Shown here: one piece after another, positions 59,306 to 64,000 of the stretch
How positions within the stretch are numbered: the stretch's first letter is position 1
How the letters are laid out: the number at the start of each line of letters is the position of its first letter
NCBI GenBank assembly: GCA_022826805.1
Contig: JAJDUH010000045.1
Coordinates: 83,562-147,561 of the forward strand
DNA length: 64,000 nucleotides
DNA from: Candidatus Poribacteria bacterium
GTDB lineage: Bacteria; Poribacteria; WGA-4E; WGA-3G
Direction: 5' to 3'
Made by a program: the position numbers and the translations under genes
Notes under the pieces: model-generated
Seen by the model: only the letters and a program-made list of their open reading frames with translations
Told to the model about the DNA's origin: nothing
The model's database searches: none

Positions 59306-60481
59306 CTATCCAAACTCTTTATCCAACTCCTCCTGACTCATCTCCTGTACAAATTCAGGTGTAATTTCCAGGTCTTTTCCGTCTTCAAAAACCTCCTTTT
59401 CAAACGCTCTTATCAGGGCATTACGACACCGTTTATTCATGTTTCTCGGTGTTCCGCGTTGTAAGTTAGACATGAGTGCCCTGAGTGCCTCCTCTGTAAA
59501 GGGGAAATAAGGTGTTTTGGGTTCTTCTTGGGTTCTGTAGTGAGAGAGAAGCTCACGAACATATTGGAGCATCTTTTCTTGATCTCTCACTTCATGAAAG
59601 AAAATCTGTCGGGTAATCCGATCAGTAAGATAACCTCCGAGAATCAGTTCAATTTCCTCATATGCCTCCGGCGAAGTAAGCGTGAAATTCATGAAAAGTG
59701 TGAAGAAATAGGGAAGTCGATCGACCAATTCACGCAACCCTTGGCTGAAAGGACGGTACTGCGGAGGTGTAAAATAGATGAAATTCTCCATTTCATCTAT
59801 CCATAGGCAAAACCGATTGTGCTCGGCTACGTCAGTGGAGTCAGATAATCCAATAAGACAACGAAAAACGCCTGCCAATATCCGAAAGTAATCTTGTGTT
59901 TTCTCAATATTCCGATTTAAGCCAAGTTTTCGCAATTCAGTAGTTGTGCATTTGCGAAAGAAGTACGCACTTAGCGGCGAGCTAGCCCCCGGAGAAATTG
60001 GCGAAGCCTCAAATAATTTAAGCAGCGCGTTCGCGAAATCACCACTTACCACTGTTTGACGCAGATTTTGCTCAACCATCTCACGTCCAACAGATTCCAC
60101 GTTTTTTTGCACCGCTTTCCCTATTCGCTCAAGTCGAATCTGTTCCATGACATCCAGATAAAAATCTCGGGCAGGATTCCGAGTTTCAGTAGGTGTCTGA
60201 ACTCTGAGAACTTCTACATCCCGCACGCTCGGTGATGTCTCAGGAATATTTTCGTCAGAACTAAAGAAAAGTGAAGCATGTGTTTTGCCTCCACCAATAG
60301 AACCTGGGCATAATACCACTTGCGTTGGTGCGGATGCTTTGGCTTCTTGAAATACACTATTAAATTCATCTTTGAGTCCATCCATACCTGCCCAAATTGC
60401 CTGTTTAGGGTCAGCAGGAGGATTAACCATAAAGGGGTTTTCTCGTAAACCAACTATATTCCAATTCATCGAGAATTTCAT
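59306..60481 (-). CDS. P-loop/AAA+ ATPase of unknown system
   Basis: GLRENPF, Walker A GSIGGGKT, Walker B LWIDEME, PFTEEAL..GTPR. Confidence 0.75.
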   Translation of the reverse strand: MKFSMNWNIVGLRENPFMVNPPADPKQAIWAGMDGLKDEFNSVFQEAKASAPTQVVLCPGSIGGGKTHASLFFSSDENIPETSPSVRDVEVLRVQTPTETRNPARDFYLDVMEQIRLERIGKAVQKNVESVGREMVEQNLRQTVVSGDFANALLKLFEASPISPGASSPLSAYFFRKCTTTELRKLGLNRNIEKTQDYFRILAGVFRCLIGLSDSTDVAEHNRFCLWIDEMENFIYFTPPQYRPFSQGLRELVDRLPYFFTLFMNFTLTSPEAYEEIELILGGYLTDRITRQIFFHEVRDQEKMLQYVRELLSHYRTQEEPKTPYFPFTEEALRALMSNLQRGTPRNMNKRCRNALIRAFEKEVFEDGKDLEITPEFVQEMSQEELDKEFG

Positions 60482-61161
60482 AGTCCACCTCTAAACTTTT
60501 TCGTCCGTGGTAATGCCTTGAGCATAATATGTAACTGCTCGAGATAACGGCTATACGTACGTAAACGCTTCGTCATTTCCCTTTTTGTCTCCTCATTTGT
60601 TTTGTCTTCTGTTTCTTCCTCCGTTTCTTTCTCAGCCGCCATGTTAGTGTTTACATTTCGTAAAGCCGAACTAGCCTGTGCATACGGCCATTTTGGAAAC
60701 ATGACGAGATAGATATGCAGCAGCAATTCCAATGAAGTCCAAGTTTTTGTCGTTTTGAAGCGACTCTCGTACCACTTAATCAAATTTTGGTGTGCTTTCA
60801 TATCATCCGTCAACATGATAACTTGTCCGGTGTATCGTCTCCGTCCCAGATAAAGTGCGAGCGCGCAGTTGAAACGTTCACCACGATTGCGATTTGGGTC
60901 GTCGGTTGGCGAAAATCGGTTAAAAATCATGTTCTCGTAATCTTGCTCATGAGGAAAATATCGTCTTGCTCGACGCACGAATTGTAACATCGGTTTGTCA
61001 TAATTCCCTAATTTACTCCTGTGTCGCCTTACTTCGTGTGGAATCTCTCGTGAGACTTGCACATGGAAAAGCTGATTTAAAATATCAATAATATGGGTTT
61101 GCCCTACATAAACCTCATGTATGTTTATGAGTGAAGATGTATCAGGAATCAGAATATCCAT
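60478..61161 (-). CDS. PIN-like domain protein (putative nuclease)
   Basis: ILIPDTSSLI, E, GE and LTDD acidic pattern; 4-nt overlap with the ATPase gene. Confidence 0.55.
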   Translation of the reverse strand: MDILIPDTSSLINIHEVYVGQTHIIDILNQLFHVQVSREIPHEVRRHRSKLGNYDKPMLQFVRRARRYFPHEQDYENMIFNRFSPTDDPNRNRGERFNCALALYLGRRRYTGQVIMLTDDMKAHQNLIKWYESRFKTTKTWTSLELLLHIYLVMFPKWPYAQASSALRNVNTNMAAEKETEEETEDKTNEETKREMTKRLRTYSRYLEQLHIMLKALPRTKKFRGGL

Positions 61162-61176
61162 AAATCTTGGGTTAAG

Positions 61177-62250
61177 TTAGAAAAAAATAAGATAGGATTC
61201 ATTCTCTCGGTGGGAAAATCGGACTGCATATCGTGCATTAGACTCTTTAGAGAACGCATTTAGATCTGCATGAAGTTCCTCAAGGTTCACCGCGATTCCC
61301 TTATCCGTTGTGAGAAGGAGTGCCATATAAATAAGTGCTGGATATAAAGAAATTTTCGGGGTAGGTGTACTCCGGAGCGTTTTAAAAACTTGAAAAATGA
61401 GTTTGTAAAGCAGTTCTTTTCTCTCTAACTTCTGTATTTCTGTCCATTGTTGATCAATCGTGCCCATAAGCACCTGCCCAGCAATGCCAAAGAATTTCTT
61501 CCGCAACCACACTGGGCTTGTGTGAAATGTCGGAAGATACCGGGAAAACCGGGTACCCATCTCTGTTAATCGAGACTGTCTCTTTCCAGCATTCTCAACT
61601 GAGACCAAGCCGAGGTCTGCCAACCAATGAATTCGCGGTGGCACGATATTTTCAATAGAACGTTTTGATTCTTCCTTCCAATGTGCCACGCGGTTTCGGA
61701 CTGCCAAGATGTCACGTGCAACATGTTCTTCCGCTGTCAACATACGGGTCTGCAATTGCTGAAGATAAAACGTAGGAAAAGCATTTTGCAAATCAGAAAG
61801 GGATTGAGAACCACCTTCAACTAACATTTGAATAACTGTGAAAAGCCGATCACTGTCTTTCACCAAAAGCCAATACAGATATGCACAACGTTCCGCGTTA
61901 GTCAGTTCAAACGGATTTTGATCGGGTGCTTGGTGGAGAAAGGGCAGCAATGTTTTCCCAAACCGCGTAACACGGCACGCGCCAGCGATTCGTCCTATAA
62001 GCCCCAACGAAACAGCGAAATTCGTATAGCGTCTCGGAGCAGCTTGCCTGCGTGTTGCTTTAATAAATCCTTGCGGATTTATGTAATTCTCAAAATTTTG
62101 CTTGTGATTAAGACTCCATTTTTCAAGTTGAGTATAGAGCACAGATTCACTTAGCGTTTTATGCTCAAGCAACCGTAGAATTGCAGAGACATAACCGAGG
62201 CGGCGAACAAGCGTATTAATCTCTGTGATCCCAACTTCGTATTTAGGCAT
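61177..62250 (-). CDS. Hypothetical protein with two winged-helix-like segments
   Basis: YTNFAVSLGLI...VTRFG and WLADLGLV...LTEMG patterns. Confidence 0.5.
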   Translation of the reverse strand: MPKYEVGITEINTLVRRLGYVSAILRLLEHKTLSESVLYTQLEKWSLNHKQNFENYINPQGFIKATRRQAAPRRYTNFAVSLGLIGRIAGACRVTRFGKTLLPFLHQAPDQNPFELTNAERCAYLYWLLVKDSDRLFTVIQMLVEGGSQSLSDLQNAFPTFYLQQLQTRMLTAEEHVARDILAVRNRVAHWKEESKRSIENIVPPRIHWLADLGLVSVENAGKRQSRLTEMGTRFSRYLPTFHTSPVWLRKKFFGIAGQVLMGTIDQQWTEIQKLERKELLYKLIFQVFKTLRSTPTPKISLYPALIYMALLLTTDKGIAVNLEELHADLNAFSKESNARYAVRFSHRENESYLIFF

Positions 62251-62483
62251 TTGGCAATCTACCTACTGAGGGTAATACTAGGAAACTTAAAAAAATGTGA
62301 CACATCGCTTAGCGGAGTTACCTACACTCACGGTATTACAGAAGTAAGAAAACCCTATTAACCCTATGCTACTGCGACTAACAATATAATAATACCAAAT
62401 TTTTGAAAAAATGTCAAAAAAATGTGCTTAATTTTGACAATCAGCATTGATTTTTTTTTGAAATATAACGTATAATATGTTAT

Positions 62484-63446
62484 ATGGGGAATTTTTTAAT
62501 TGCTGATCATACAAAGCCACTAAAGTTGACAAGTCCCTCTTTCTCAGGACACCAAACTTTTCCTTTTCGGTATACATGGCTGAAAAAAGGGGTCGATGCT
62601 GTAGCAGATCCGACCTTTTCATTTTCATCGGAAGATGCTTCTGTTACCTTAGGAGTAGGAAAAAACATGGTAAGCTCTATTCGGCACTGGTGTAGTGTGG
62701 CAAGACTCATCAAAACAGATAACGGCCAACGCGATAGACTTGTTCCTACCGAGTTCGGCAAAATCATTTTCAATAATAAAGACGGATTTGATCCGTACCT
62801 TGAGGACCCTGCTACATTATGGTTGATTCATTGGCAGATAGCAACCAACATCAATCAGGCAACCACGTGGTATTGGGCGTTTAACATTTTAAGGGAAAAT
62901 CGCTTCGCACTGGACACATTCAAAAAGGAATTGTACGAGTGGGCCCGGCGGGCGTATGAGGATGGACAGCAAATGGGAAAAAAATTAAGAACTTTCTCTG
63001 ACAATACATTGCAACGGGATGTCAATTGCTTTATTCGAACCTACTGTCAATCACGACACAACCATGGTGTCGTTGAGGAAAGTTTTGACTGCCCCATAGC
63101 TGAATTAAATTTAATCTTTGAATTGCCAGATGACAACGAGTATGAATTTCAACGAGGCGAAAAAGAATATCTACCGGGCGAAGTTATTGCAGCAACGATA
63201 GATGCCTTTTGGACTCTTCGTTTTCCAAAAAGGGATACCTTACCATTTTCAGAACTCATGTACGCCCCCTTAAGTCCAGGACGAATCTTCAGATTAGACG
63301 AAGATACAATGACCACATATCTCGAAGACCTTTTACAACTTACGGACAGCGCATTAGAATATGACGAAAGCGAAGGTTTAAAACAGGTCTATCGACGACA
63401 GAGTGATTTAGATCCTACGGGACTTCTAAAGAGGTATTATGGATAG
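62484..63446 (+). CDS. DUF4007 family protein (SspB-like)
   Basis: FSGHQTFPFRYTWLKKG, LGVGKNMV.SIR.W, DPYLED..TLWLIHW. Confidence 0.85.
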   Translation: MGNFLIADHTKPLKLTSPSFSGHQTFPFRYTWLKKGVDAVADPTFSFSSEDASVTLGVGKNMVSSIRHWCSVARLIKTDNGQRDRLVPTEFGKIIFNNKDGFDPYLEDPATLWLIHWQIATNINQATTWYWAFNILRENRFALDTFKKELYEWARRAYEDGQQMGKKLRTFSDNTLQRDVNCFIRTYCQSRHNHGVVEESFDCPIAELNLIFELPDDNEYEFQRGEKEYLPGEVIAATIDAFWTLRFPKRDTLPFSELMYAPLSPGRIFRLDEDTMTTYLEDLLQLTDSALEYDESEGLKQVYRRQSDLDPTGLLKRYYG

Positions 63447-64000
63447 TGCCCAATTGTCAGATGTTTTTAAAGTTAAAGGGCGTTTCCAACGTTCTGTTCA
63501 TCTGGAACGCGACTTCTACACGGAAAACGCGTTAGAGGGTTACATTGTGACCGTTAAAGTACGAGAGACCCTCACTCGCCTTATCGCTGCGCAGGAGAAT
63601 GATGCAACATCAAAAGCGTGGTCACTCACGGGTCCCTACGGTTCTGGAAAATCAGCGTTCGCGCTTTTCGCTGCGAAGCTGCTCGGGGATCCGAAGGCCT
63701 CCACAACCCAACACGCTCTGGAATTACTTAAAGACAGCGATGTTACATTATATGAGCGTTTTCAGAGTATAAATGGGAACAAGATAAAGGCTTCAATTGG
63801 TTTCTGTCCGGTGCTCATCTCTGGCGAGCGCGCACCGATTACACGCTCGCTCCTGCGAGGATTAGAACATGGGCTTAAAACCTTCGGTATAACCTCACGG
63901 CACTCGCTCCGGAAAGACATTCAAAAACTCTTGAAAACAGAGGCAAACGGCAATCTCCTGCAGGCAACTGAAATCACTGATCTTTTTAAATCCGCAACAC
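63439..64000 (+). CDS. Large ATPase (SspC/BrxC-like), truncated by the window end; absent from the ORF track
   Basis: Hand translation MDSAQLSDVFKVKGRFQRSVHLERD...AWSLTGPYGSGKS (Walker A); overlaps the DUF4007 stop. Confidence 0.8.
   Translation, partial: MDSAQLSDVFKVKGRFQRSVHLERDFYTENALEGYIVTVKVRETLTRLIAAQENDATSKAWSLTGPYGSGKSAFALFAAKLLGDPKASTTQHALELLKDSDVTLYERFQSINGNKIKASIGFCPVLISGERAPITRSLLRGLEHGLKTFGITSRHSLRKDIQKLLKTEANGNLLQATEITDLFKSAT

Noticed and set aside
1-64000. tRNA (including tRNA-Sec), rRNA or sel genes
   Set aside because: None recognisable by eye in this window; Sec machinery would have to be elsewhere, and a tRNAscan-SE run is needed to confirm

Overview
Gene-dense bacterial chromosomal window using genetic code 11. 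It is probably Candidatus Poribacteria or a relative; this is inferred from the NYPNPFNPETWIPY..YWDG C-terminal domains, LamG plus TWGxLK tails, dockerin-like repeats, PhyH genes and GTAG-REP-rich spacers. Housekeeping genes present: thrC, hemW, truA, murA, hisD, ruvC, uppP, ispG, hisC, mutY. Accessory content: three secreted repeat proteins with 4, 2 and 1 copies of a ~280-aa module, a solo TnpB element, a HigBA-like toxin-antitoxin pair, a single-chain restriction-modification enzyme, a RAYT with its REPs, and a defence island at the right edge (DUF4007/SspB-like gene plus ATPase, with a divergent wHTH-PIN-ATPase trio). Strongest hidden signal: four ORF-track fragments at 40.2-42.7 kb join into two tandem genes. 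Each encodes a signal peptide, a dockerin-like domain, optional Ig repeats and a thioredoxin. In both, an in-frame TGA occupies the first Cys position of the CxxC motif (T-U-I-F-C and G-U-P-F-C) and a hairpin follows at nearly the same offset. These are candidate exported, dockerin-tagged selenoprotein thioredoxins. Also noted: nested REP elements, a 34-bp hairpin element with compensatory changes, REPs translated inside genes, and a pseudoknot-like leader upstream of tnpB. No searches were run; family calls come from motif recognition.
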